Shown here in pieces: positions 18,627-27,668 of a stretch of 59,670 bases of DNA. Position 1 is the stretch's first letter. Each line of letters begins with the position of its first letter. The DNA is from Escherichia phage CAjan. A model generated the notes under the pieces. That model was not told the DNA's origin. It saw only the letters and a program-made list of their open reading frames with translations, and searched no databases. Location of the stretch: sequence record KP064094. One strand, 5' to 3'. The position numbers were made by a program, and so were the translations under genes.

Positions 18627-21600
18627 ATGGCAACTCGTTTATATGGTACTTTGCGTGATGGACTGGGCAAACCAATTATCAACGCTACAGTCGCTCTTTT
18701 GGCAAAAGGGAATACCATTACCGTATTGACAGGCAGTGAAGCTATCTTTAAAACAGATTCGCAAGGTGCTTATAACATTACTGTTCAAACAGGCTATTAT
18801 AAGGTTATCATAGGTCCACAAGGCATTGAACCTTATAAAGCTGGGGAGATTGCTATTTATGCGGACAGTAAGGAAGGATCGCTTAATTCTTATCTAACTA
18901 GCTGGGCTCCGGAAGAATTAACTCCAGAAGTTATTGCACAAGTCAAAGAGCTTGTTGCTAACTCTGAGCAGTTTGCGCTTCAAGCAGGTAGAGCTGCGGC
19001 GGCTGCTCAATCTGATGCTACAGATGCTCGCAATAGCAAAGCTTCCGCTGCTCAATCTGCTTCGGAAGCCCTTGTGTATAAGAATGATTCTAAAACCAAT
19101 GCTGACGCTGCTAAACAAGCGCAAGCCGGGGCTTCAGGGTCTGCTAACACTGCCAGTGCAGCTTTAACCACAATTCAAGGCATTCAAAAGGATGTTACTT
19201 CATCCAAGGACCGCGCTGTAACGGCAGAAACCAATGCTAAGTCCAGCGAGACTGTGGCTACGCAAGCTAAAACCGATGCTGTTACCGCTAAAGAGCAAGC
19301 TGTAGCTGCTAAGGATAAAGCTCAACAGATTGCAGATTCTATAGACCCACAATCAATTAAAAACTCTATAGGTCTTGGTGTTGAAAGACGTTACCTTTCG
19401 GATCTAACAAAGCCTTTCTCAGATGTTGGTTTTTTCATGATCAACTCTAGTACGATTGGGTATCCTTCCGTAGCTGACCAATCCGCTATGTCCGGTTATG
19501 TAGCAAGACAGGATGGTTCACCTTCCTATACGGGTTTGTTTGTAGATCCCGGTCATGGGCACGCTTACACCATGACGCAATTCAATAATGTTGCAACATT
19601 CCGCCAATTAACGTTCTCAGCAGATGTTGATAGGATTAAACAACTATCATCAGGTACTCGCGTTTACGGTGGCCCTCAAGATGAACGTTATTTTGAAGTT
19701 CATACTGGTGCATGGGGTGTTTATAACGTAACAGAAAAGAAATGGTTGCCATTAGCTATTCAACAAGGTGGAACCGGAGCCGTTACTGCTGACGATGCAT
19801 TGAAGAACATTGGCGGGTTCAAAATGCAGAGGAGCACGATAGGTACAGCTAATCTTAATGACTTTACCGGATCCAAATGCGGTGTCTATTTTCAAAACAG
19901 TATTGCTAACGCAACAAAAGATAGGAATTATCCTATCAACTCCGCTGGTGTGTTGCTTGTTTATATGACCTTTGCCAACGGGGTGGAAAGTTGTGTACAA
20001 GAATATATCGAGTACCGATATGGGACAAAATTCATACGAACTTATGATGTTGGTAACAATACTTGGACTGAATGGAAACAGTTTGTAGTAGCTGGTCAAA
20101 ATATAACATTTGCAGGAGTAACCACACGTGGTCAGGATACCACATCCAGTTCATTTGTAAGCCAGGTTACAAATTCTTCCGGAGCTACTATCGGACAGTT
20201 TGAAGCAAGAGCCGACACGACTGGAAACGCTTCTCTTATAGTTCGGGATCTTAGCGGTTCCAACTCTAGATTTTACACATTAAATCTAAACGGGAGTTTT
20301 GACGCGCCTGAAGGTTATGCGCTAAAAACAACCTCTGACTGGAATGCATTATTGAATGTGAACGCAGCATCCTTCAAAATGGTTTCCGGTCCAACAAACT
20401 CACCAGTGGAAACCGTCAACTATGGTGGGTTCCACCTAAGCTTTAGCGGTAATTACGGCGTCCAGTTTGCTGGCAGAAATAATGATTATATGCTTCGTGG
20501 TATTGAAGCTGGTGAGTATTCCGACTGGAACAGAATTATAGTTGGCACTAAAGCAAAATATATACCTCTTGATTCCCGAGATGGTTTTATTAGCGACAAT
20601 GACGGTAACACCACATGGGCTCCTAGCAATGGTGGCGGTTTCCAAGCCAGTTATGCGGAAAACCGCATTATGCAAGGATGGGTTGATGGAGCGGGTCGTC
20701 TTTATGGCCGCTTCTTAACGTCAGATCAGGCAACAACTCCAAAAACCGATGTAGCTTGGAAGAGTTCCGCAATGTTGGAGATGGATAACAGATTCACAGG
20801 AACCAATACATTTATCGGGGATGTTGTGTGTAGTGCAGCTAACCCGTTACGATTAAGATCGGGGAACCCGACAATATCATTTGTTGAGTCCGACACAAGT
20901 GAATCTACTTATTTATTTGTGGCAGATGGCGGGAACTTTAGACTTAACAGAGATACTACTGCTGGAGCAGAATTGTTCAGCTATAGCCGCTCCCAAAACA
21001 ATTTAAAGCTGGGAGTTAGTTCATATTTCACGTTAAACACAAGATTTGATCAAGGTTGGACGTCTAAAGGTGCCGTGGATGTAACTACTACAGGTTATAG
21101 CACAGTGTCGGTTATTACGACAACTTCCACAGATGCTGTTGGTGCACGAAACCAATTTGAAGTTAACCCAAGTACCAATGAGTTTTATTTAGCTCGACGC
21201 AATAGAAGTAACCTTACTGGTCAATGGCTTATAAAATTCCCTTCCGCTGGAGGCACATTAGCCTTAAGTGGAACATCGGATATTAATTACAAAACTAACA
21301 TAGAGGATTATGATGGTCTTCACTCTGTGGAAAATATTAAAGCTATGGAGCTTGTCACTTTTGTATTCAAGGATGATGAAAAGAAACGTGTTCGTAGGGG
21401 TGTTATTGCACAGCAAATAGAGCAAATAGACCCAACTTATGTTAAGAGAACTTATGAACCTTGTGGTGAAGCAATCGTTGACGAGGATGGAGTTGTCCAA
21501 GGATATTCAGAGGAAAAAGAAAGAGTTGTATTGGACAACAATGTAATATTGTTGGATTGTTTATGTGCTATCCAAGTTTTAATAAAACAGGATGAGGAAA

Positions 21601-21710
21601 AAACACAGGAATTAGATAAACTCAAACAAGAAGTGTTAGAATTAAAAAACACTGTTAAGGAGCTTGTCAATACTATTAATAAAACAACAGACCCTTCCCA
21701 ATTACCTTAA
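18627..21710 (+). CDS. tail fiber protein with C-terminal intramolecular chaperone (S74-like) domain
   Basis: about 1027 aa from ATG 18627; Ala-rich coiled region; C-terminus has SDINYKTNIED...ELVTFVFKDDEKKRVRRGVIAQQIEQ and a terminal coiled coil, as in autoproteolytic tail-fiber chaperone domains. Confidence 0.7.
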   Translation: MATRLYGTLRDGLGKPIINATVALLAKGNTITVLTGSEAIFKTDSQGAYNITVQTGYYKVIIGPQGIEPYKAGEIAIYADSKEGSLNSYLTSWAPEELTPEVIAQVKELVANSEQFALQAGRAAAAAQSDATDARNSKASAAQSASEALVYKNDSKTNADAAKQAQAGASGSANTASAALTTIQGIQKDVTSSKDRAVTAETNAKSSETVATQAKTDAVTAKEQAVAAKDKAQQIADSIDPQSIKNSIGLGVERRYLSDLTKPFSDVGFFMINSSTIGYPSVADQSAMSGYVARQDGSPSYTGLFVDPGHGHAYTMTQFNNVATFRQLTFSADVDRIKQLSSGTRVYGGPQDERYFEVHTGAWGVYNVTEKKWLPLAIQQGGTGAVTADDALKNIGGFKMQRSTIGTANLNDFTGSKCGVYFQNSIANATKDRNYPINSAGVLLVYMTFANGVESCVQEYIEYRYGTKFIRTYDVGNNTWTEWKQFVVAGQNITFAGVTTRGQDTTSSSFVSQVTNSSGATIGQFEARADTTGNASLIVRDLSGSNSRFYTLNLNGSFDAPEGYALKTTSDWNALLNVNAASFKMVSGPTNSPVETVNYGGFHLSFSGNYGVQFAGRNNDYMLRGIEAGEYSDWNRIIVGTKAKYIPLDSRDGFISDNDGNTTWAPSNGGGFQASYAENRIMQGWVDGAGRLYGRFLTSDQATTPKTDVAWKSSAMLEMDNRFTGTNTFIGDVVCSAANPLRLRSGNPTISFVESDTSESTYLFVADGGNFRLNRDTTAGAELFSYSRSQNNLKLGVSSYFTLNTRFDQGWTSKGAVDVTTTGYSTVSVITTTSTDAVGARNQFEVNPSTNEFYLARRNRSNLTGQWLIKFPSAGGTLALSGTSDINYKTNIEDYDGLHSVENIKAMELVTFVFKDDEKKRVRRGVIAQQIEQIDPTYVKRTYEPCGEAIVDEDGVVQGYSEEKERVVLDNNVILLDCLCAIQVLIKQDEEKTQELDKLKQEVLELKNTVKELVNTINKTTDPSQLP

Positions 21711-21726
21711 CCACATCTAACTTCCA

Positions 21727-21753
21727 CAGCGCGTCTTCGGGCGCGCTTTTTAT
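21727..21753 (+). terminator. intrinsic terminator after tail fiber gene
   Basis: GCGCGTC-TTCG-GGCGCGC hairpin followed by TTTTTATT. Confidence 0.55.
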
Positions 21754-21881
21754 TGACTGTCAATCCTAATTTACAAAATCTTTACATTTGGATCATTGTA
21801 AAAAGCATGTTAAGGGGTATGCTTTACTTCGTAACCAGTTGGTTACATCCGCTTAACAAATCCATATATGGAGATTTTCCT

Positions 21882-22589
21882 ATGTCTGACATGACTCTTT
21901 TACCTACTAATCTCGGTGGCGACGGTTTCGGTGGTGAAGCTGGTGCGGCTGGTATCGGTGGCGCGATCGGTGGCTTAATTGGTTCCTGGATCGGTAATGG
22001 TTGGGGCGGCAATGGTGGTTGGGGTGGTCGCGGTAACTTCGCTGGCCCGGTGGAAGTGCAAGCTTCTGTTGACACCAACGCAATTCTGCAAGCTATCAAC
22101 AACGGTACTCTTCAGACCATTCAGGGGCAGAACGGTACTAACCTGACTGTTGAGCGCTCCGCTGCTTCTACCTATAACGGTATTACTCAGCAGAACACTC
22201 AGAACCTACTGGCTTCCGTTCAGGGCTTTGCTGGTCTGAACACGCAAATCCAGGGCGGCACCAGCCAAGTGCTCGCGGCTCTGTGTAACAACGAAGCAGC
22301 TAACATTACCCGCTCCTTCCAGGCTCAGTTAGAAGCTCAGAAGTGTTGCTGCGAAACCAACCTGAACATCGAGCGTCAAGCAGAAGCTACTCGTGCTCTC
22401 CTGCGCGATCAGCACGCACAGGCGCAAGCAGTTCTGATCTGTGACCTGAAATCTCAGTTGCAGGAAGCTCGCTTTGCAAACTCTCAGTTGGCACAAACGG
22501 CTGGTCTTACTTGTAAGATCAATCAGGTTGAGCAGTTAGTTAACTTTAAACTGCCAACTCCTCCGACTCCTCCGACTGGCTGCTGCTAA
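21882..22589 (+). CDS. Gly-rich / Gln-Asn-rich cysteine-containing protein of unknown function
   Basis: 235 aa from ATG 21882 with SD GGAG; N-terminal glycine-zipper-like stretch (GGDGFGGEAGAAGIGGAIGGLIGSWIGNGWGGNGGWGG), CCC and C-terminal PTPPTPPTGCC. Confidence 0.45.
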   Translation: MSDMTLLPTNLGGDGFGGEAGAAGIGGAIGGLIGSWIGNGWGGNGGWGGRGNFAGPVEVQASVDTNAILQAINNGTLQTIQGQNGTNLTVERSAASTYNGITQQNTQNLLASVQGFAGLNTQIQGGTSQVLAALCNNEAANITRSFQAQLEAQKCCCETNLNIERQAEATRALLRDQHAQAQAVLICDLKSQLQEARFANSQLAQTAGLTCKINQVEQLVNFKLPTPPTPPTGCC

Positions 22590-22660
22590 TCGTTGTAGTG
22601 TGGTTAAACTAAAGCGCCTTTCGCTCCTCCGCTTGGGGCGCTTTTAACAGAGGTAATATC

Positions 22661-23029
22661 ATGAGCCACATTAAAATTGCAACGATGGGAATGCCACGGG
22701 TCAAATTGCCTAAGGTTGCTTTACCTCGCATTAGCGTAGGCGAGCACCACCATGAACATGAGAAAGAGGAATATAAACATGCTCACTCTTATGCTCGAGA
22801 TCATGAACATATGGCAGCTATGTCAAATGTTCTTGACCGGATGGAAGAACCTCCGCATACGTGGGCGGCGTACCACGACAAGCCCGGCGGTATGATGTCC
22901 ATTGTTGAAATGGAATACCGCGAATTAATGGAGTGTAAGAAAGAAGGCGACCGCGCAGGGATCATGAAAGAGTTGACTGATCTTGCCGCAGCTTGTACTT
23001 GTGCTCTTCAAAAAATGAAAGATATGTAA
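22661..23029 (+). CDS. His-rich protein with MazG-like segment
   Basis: 122 aa; His-rich N-terminal half (EHHHEHEKEEYKHAHSYARDHEH); C-terminal EMEYRELMECKK...KELTDL resembles the ExxE...ExxD pattern of MazG-type NTP pyrophosphohydrolases. Confidence 0.35.
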   Translation: MSHIKIATMGMPRVKLPKVALPRISVGEHHHEHEKEEYKHAHSYARDHEHMAAMSNVLDRMEEPPHTWAAYHDKPGGMMSIVEMEYRELMECKKEGDRAGIMKELTDLAAACTCALQKMKDM

Positions 23030-23044
23030 GAATAGGAAGCCGAC

Positions 23045-23575
23045 ATGCAAAACGTAAACGCAGGAATGGGCGTAACCCAGTTCAACGGGATGAAACCGAA
23101 AAACTCCATCAACATGGGCGGTGTTGATTGGACGTTACGTCGGGACGCTACCGATTCAACTACCATGTTCCCACACCAGAAGGTGAGCTGGCTTAATGCA
23201 GGCTGTGAACCTATGGGTGATGGAAGGGTTCATTACTGTTGGATTATGGGAGTGATACCGCCTACGCCGGGCACTATCGAACGACCCGTGAATGTGATGT
23301 ATGTCGGCTTCCACCAGTTCAAGATTACAATTGCTCCAAACTCCATTAGTCAATCAGATCTTGATCGTATGCATGTTTACGTCAGCGATGGTACAGACTT
23401 CGCAGGGGATTTTATTAGTAAGTTTCTTGGTATGCAACCGGAGCAGCCTGTAGAAGCACGCGAGCATATTAGCCCGTGGCCACCCATGATTGATCAGGAA
23501 GTGCTGCAACCAAAGACCGCTCAAACGGTCCCTCAGAAACCGGAGCAGAAGGTGAAACCAAATGACGAAGAATGA
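23045..23575 (+). CDS. hypothetical protein
   Basis: 176-aa ORF with SD, coding-like composition. Confidence 0.45.
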   Translation: MQNVNAGMGVTQFNGMKPKNSINMGGVDWTLRRDATDSTTMFPHQKVSWLNAGCEPMGDGRVHYCWIMGVIPPTPGTIERPVNVMYVGFHQFKITIAPNSISQSDLDRMHVYVSDGTDFAGDFISKFLGMQPEQPVEAREHISPWPPMIDQEVLQPKTAQTVPQKPEQKVKPNDEE

Positions 23576-23846
23576 AGGTATTGATAAAGTCGTTGAAGGA
23601 CTTTCTATTCGTGCTCATGTTATAGCAGACGAAGGTCATGATCAACTTACAATTATGAAATCTGCATTCAGCGATTTTAAGTCTCTTGGAAACTTAAGCG
23701 GGTTAATGACTGTGGTTTCGACCGGAAAATTAACCCAGCAGCAAATCAGTCTAGCTCAGCGTATTGCTGTTAAAGTTATTGCGGTACTTGGGATGATTGA
23801 AGCTGAAAAACCCAGTTCCAAGCAGGATAACGAAAGCGACCTTTAA
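23562..23846 (+). CDS. hypothetical protein
   Basis: 94-aa ORF with good SD (GAAGGTGA). Confidence 0.4.
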   Translation: MTKNEGIDKVVEGLSIRAHVIADEGHDQLTIMKSAFSDFKSLGNLSGLMTVVSTGKLTQQQISLAQRIAVKVIAVLGMIEAEKPSSKQDNESDL

Positions 23847-23857
23847 GGAGGTCTACT

Positions 23858-24061
23858 ATGTGTGGTAATACTAACCGTTGCTGTCTAGGCAGTCCTGCAA
23901 CACAAGCAGGTATACTTCAGGGGCAATTGGCTCAAGCAGCGTGTAATTGCAAAACTTTTCAACCAGTAGCTCCAACTCCTGTGTTTGTGAATGCTTTTGC
24001 ACCGCCTGTTTTCAATACTTTTGGCGTATACCCATACGGTGCTTTCTTTCGTATATTCTAA
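23858..24061 (+). CDS. small Cys-rich protein
   Basis: 67 aa with strong SD (AAGGAGG), 5 Cys; followed by a bidirectional terminator. Confidence 0.35.
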   Translation: MCGNTNRCCLGSPATQAGILQGQLAQAACNCKTFQPVAPTPVFVNAFAPPVFNTFGVYPYGAFFRIF

Positions 24062-24067
24062 GAAGAG

Positions 24068-24094
24068 AAAAGGGGCAAACGCCCCTTTCTTTAA
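24068..24094. terminator. bidirectional terminator between convergent gene blocks
   Basis: AAAGGGGC-AAAC-GCCCCTTTCTTT at the junction of plus-strand late genes and minus-strand genes. Confidence 0.6.
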
Positions 24095-24372
24095 CGCTTA
24101 TGAAAAGCTGACAGGATTGCAAGTGTTACAGCACCCAATCCGACGACGGTAGCATAAGTGAGTTGGTGTTGAACTTTAACAAAGCCATAATAGGTGCTAG
24201 GGGTGTCTACAATCCCAAACGCCATAGCAAAGCTGGTCCCAAGCAGTGCTACAGCAAGGGCGCGTAATAACGCCCTGCTCATTGCTGTAAAGCCCTTCTC
24301 ATTACTATCTCCGGTCATTATAACAACAATGATTAGAAATAGCGAAACGACAACTAATAGATATTCCATCAT
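24091..24372 (-). CDS. small membrane protein
   Basis: 93 aa with about three hydrophobic helices. Confidence 0.45.
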   Translation of the reverse strand: MMEYLLVVVSLFLIIVVIMTGDSNEKGFTAMSRALLRALAVALLGTSFAMAFGIVDTPSTYYGFVKVQHQLTYATVVGLGAVTLAILSAFHKR

Positions 24373-24575
24373 TTGCGTCTCCTGTACATGTATTGATCAT
24401 ACGCAGTCGCAATAATAGTGACTGGCCAGCAAGCGAGTATACATAGAAGACTTACAATCTTCTCCCAACGTTTCTTATGGGCTAGCGCATAATCATAGTT
24501 ATTCCAACAAAAGAAATAAGTCATTGCTGCAATGATTGCGCCAATTACAAAATACATAACCACATACTCACTCAT
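24369..24575 (-). CDS. small membrane protein
   Basis: 68 aa from ATG 24575 (track start is TTG), SD GGGAG; two hydrophobic segments. Confidence 0.4.
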   Translation of the reverse strand: MSEYVVMYFVIGAIIAAMTYFFCWNNYDYALAHKKRWEKIVSLLCILACWPVTIIATAYDQYMYRRRK

Positions 24576-24759
24576 TAACAAACTCCCATGTTAAATGATT
24601 ACGATATACACCATTGTCTACATACCGTCCGGGACGTGGATCAAAGCTAGGTACAGTAAATGCTAACGTTCCCGCAGTGTAAAGTTGCACCTTTTGTCCG
24701 TCCCACGGTCCGCCTATCAATTTAAAAGTCTGCCGATAACCTTTTGCAGCTTTAGCCAT
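24568..24759 (-). CDS. hypothetical protein
   Basis: 63 aa from ATG 24759 with SD AAGGAG. Confidence 0.4.
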   Translation of the reverse strand: MAKAAKGYRQTFKLIGGPWDGQKVQLYTAGTLAFTVPSFDPRPGRYVDNGVYRNHLTWEFVNE

Positions 24760-24801
24760 GCTCACTCCTTAAATACCCGCGCGAACGCGGGTATTATTTT
24801 A

Positions 24802-25008
24802 TTACGCTTCCGGTGTTTCCGGTGATGGTTCATCAGGAACAACAATAACGTCAGTTAAAACTTTTAACGCTTCTTGTTGCTCCGCGGTCATATTATTCCA
24901 GTAATAGACGTGAATGTAAACTACTGGTTTGTCACCATGTTGCCACGGTTCGCGACTTGCTACATCCACACCTAAATCGCTTGCTACGCTCTTTTCTTTA
25001 CCAGCCAT
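24802..25008 (-). CDS. hypothetical protein
   Basis: 68-aa acidic ORF. Confidence 0.4.
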   Translation of the reverse strand: MAGKEKSVASDLGVDVASREPWQHGDKPVVYIHVYYWNNMTAEQQEALKVLTDVIVVPDEPSPETPEA

Positions 25009-25040
25009 GCTAATGTACCCCTTTAAGGTTTTACACGCGG

Positions 25041-25334
25041 CTAGCCCCCAAAAGTACCCCTATGATCAAGGGTTCTAATGCGCTGCTCCAGCCAACGTGC
25101 GTTCTTTTCAAAATGTTTATTGGTACGCGCTGCTTTGCACGCATCAATAATACCTAACTCACATCCAAGCTGCGTTTGGCCCATCACGTAAGAATGGGTT
25201 AACATGCTGGATACAAGCTCTTCACATTGTAACTTAATAGGATGGTCTTGGCATAGTTTCTTTGCTGCGTCTTTCAAATCCACAGCTTGGACACCATGCG
25301 CTATCAGCAAAGTTACGAGTAATAAACGTTTCAT
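25041..25334 (-). CDS. secreted/periplasmic protein (signal peptide)
   Basis: 97 aa; N-terminal MKRLLLVTLLIAHGVQA signal-peptide-like segment, several Cys. Confidence 0.45.
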   Translation of the reverse strand: MKRLLLVTLLIAHGVQAVDLKDAAKKLCQDHPIKLQCEELVSSMLTHSYVMGQTQLGCELGIIDACKAARTNKHFEKNARWLEQRIRTLDHRGTFGG

Positions 25335-25618
25335 TATGCTTTCCCTTTACGACATAAGGCTTGAAGTTCCAGAAGCGCATCAATGTCTTCCTGTGGAGTT
25401 ACACCAACGTGAATTGGATATTTAGCGCGACATTTGTCGCCGACTTCAACAGTGTGGTTAATGTAGCCGTAAACACATCCACCAATAAGAGTGAAGATAA
25501 GCGCAACAATCATTGTAAGGTACTTACCTTGTTTGCGTTCTTCATTTTGTTTATTAAGCTGACGGTTAAGTTCCACAGCGTCAATTTTACCTTTATTGTA
25601 ATCGTCTACTAAGCTCAT
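25334..25618 (-). CDS. membrane-anchored hypothetical protein
   Basis: 94 aa from ATG 25618 with SD GAGGAG; one hydrophobic helix. Confidence 0.4.
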   Translation of the reverse strand: MSLVDDYNKGKIDAVELNRQLNKQNEERKQGKYLTMIVALIFTLIGGCVYGYINHTVEVGDKCRAKYPIHVGVTPQEDIDALLELQALCRKGKA

Positions 25619-25682
25619 TTTGTATCTCCTCTTGTTGTATGCATATATTAAAACAGACCCGCGAAGGGTCTGCAAGTAGAAT

Positions 25683-27668
25683 TTAGGCGTATCCCATGTC
25701 TTCGAGATACTTCTCTGCTTTAGCTATATAAGCATCATAATCTATGTCGTCCGGTATTTTATCCGGTAGCGTCATGATCGGGACACCTCCCGCACTACCA
25801 GCTACACGGTTGCCCGAGTTGGCATAGATTATTTCAGGTGTTTCTTCATTAGTGCTTAAGTACCAGCGTACAACCTTACCCAAAAATTCGCCATTCCATA
25901 CCGCGCCACCTTTTACCGCACGTAGGATAATGAATTTTCTAATATCGTTGCAATTGCGTATAGTACGAGAAACAGGCGTACCGTGGGCCAAACATTCACA
26001 TACAGCTTCCATAATAATTTCACCAGTACAGTTCTTTTGAAGACCTGTCTTTGCGAACCAGCCTTTACGCTTGATTTCAACATTTCCTTCCTCGTCAGGT
26101 TCTTTTACTGCAACATAGTTATTGACGTTAGCACTGTACAGCTTGTCATAGTAGTTGGATTCCATTTCAAAACCTGTTACGGATTCCCACCACTTGATCA
26201 TATTATCAACGAAGTCCTGCATGTGGTCTGGATACTTAACCACAATGCCGTCCGTGTTAGCCGAAATTACTTTAACACCATTCAACTCAAATGCTTCAAT
26301 AAGCATCAACAGTGATAGCTGCCCTGTTAATGTAACTTGTATCAATAATTGCGGCGCGTAAAGGACAGACCACATAGACCCCAGCTTACCAAACGATCCG
26401 TTAATAACGATCTTCAGCGTGTTGGCTGTGTTCTTGTCTCCGCTGTGCTTAGCTGCAATACGGCGGTCTACAATACTTTTATAAACACGAAGGAACGCTG
26501 GTCCCAACTGTTCTGGATATAAGCCCTGATTAAGAATGATTGAAGGATAATAAGACGTTACGTCAATGTCCCGCTTTTTGATACCAGGCTCTTTACCGTG
26601 GCCAGCACACTCTTCGGAGCTATGTAAACCACCAATACCCATACGGTAGACACCGTCTGCAATCTTGATCTCAAGACCTGTTAATGCTGGAGGTAAGCTG
26701 ACACCACCGTTATCGCTAACAATAAAGCGACAGTCCCGAACAATATCCAGAACACTATTCATCAAAGGTGTTTGAAAACGAATAAAGTCCGGTATGTTGT
26801 ATGCATACTTTGTTCCAGGATAAACTTGCGGACGCTGTGGGCGCACGCCCGTTAACGCTTGGATTTCGTGCTTAATTACGTCTTCTGCAATCTGTGCATC
26901 GGAGCGTGAACGTAGATCCACACCGTATTCTTGCGACATAATTTCACGCAAGTGAATAGGCTCTTGCAATGCAATAAAACATTCTTCTGTTTGTACAAGG
27001 TCGTTAATACAGTACCAGCGTACAATTAACATCTGGTCCTGCGTTAACATGGTATTGGGTTTGAACGGTAAATCCTGCATACGTCGAGTATGTACACGTC
27101 CGCCGTATTGTTTCAAACCGCCGGACCCAGGCAGCACTTCCATGATATCAATGTGGTTAACGTTCTGCATACGCTTGAGACGGTAACTTTTCAATACATC
27201 CGAAGGACGCCAGTCTTCAACGATTATCTTATCGGTCGCGTCTTTAAGCTGCGCATTAGAACAGCCGTTAAGCGCAAGCGTAGCAATGGGCATATCGTAC
27301 CCGTTACCGTTAAAGCTCACGATAAGGAAGTTTGTCATCACCCAGTTAAGTAATAAGCAATTCAAACTACAACCGTGATACATCTCGAAGTAGACAACTT
27401 TCTTAGTCCTTACTCCGCGGAATGCAATCAAGAAGTAGTTTGGATAACATTCAATATCATATACAAGCGGTTCGCGGTTAATCCATGCTTGAATAAGTTC
27501 GTCCTGTGTGTACAGGTTGTATTGGAAGTTCCGCGCTTCCTCAAGATTAGGCAAATAATCCGGGCGCTCCCAAGTGCGCTCAGGCGGTAAACGTTTAACC
27601 TTTTCTTTCTTTGCTTTTGGCTCAGGCGGTAAGTCCTGCCAAAAGAAACCAATAGCATCTGTCCGCAT
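25683..27668 (-). CDS. DNA polymerase, family B
   Basis: about 662 aa from ATG 27668; family B motifs DVTSYYPSII (motif A), KIVINGSFGKLG (motif B), ANTDGIVV (motif C) and N-terminal YDIE exonuclease-like motif. Confidence 0.8.
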   Translation of the reverse strand: MRTDAIGFFWQDLPPEPKAKKEKVKRLPPERTWERPDYLPNLEEARNFQYNLYTQDELIQAWINREPLVYDIECYPNYFLIAFRGVRTKKVVYFEMYHGCSLNCLLLNWVMTNFLIVSFNGNGYDMPIATLALNGCSNAQLKDATDKIIVEDWRPSDVLKSYRLKRMQNVNHIDIMEVLPGSGGLKQYGGRVHTRRMQDLPFKPNTMLTQDQMLIVRWYCINDLVQTEECFIALQEPIHLREIMSQEYGVDLRSRSDAQIAEDVIKHEIQALTGVRPQRPQVYPGTKYAYNIPDFIRFQTPLMNSVLDIVRDCRFIVSDNGGVSLPPALTGLEIKIADGVYRMGIGGLHSSEECAGHGKEPGIKKRDIDVTSYYPSIILNQGLYPEQLGPAFLRVYKSIVDRRIAAKHSGDKNTANTLKIVINGSFGKLGSMWSVLYAPQLLIQVTLTGQLSLLMLIEAFELNGVKVISANTDGIVVKYPDHMQDFVDNMIKWWESVTGFEMESNYYDKLYSANVNNYVAVKEPDEEGNVEIKRKGWFAKTGLQKNCTGEIIMEAVCECLAHGTPVSRTIRNCNDIRKFIILRAVKGGAVWNGEFLGKVVRWYLSTNEETPEIIYANSGNRVAGSAGGVPIMTLPDKIPDDIDYDAYIAKAEKYLEDMGYA

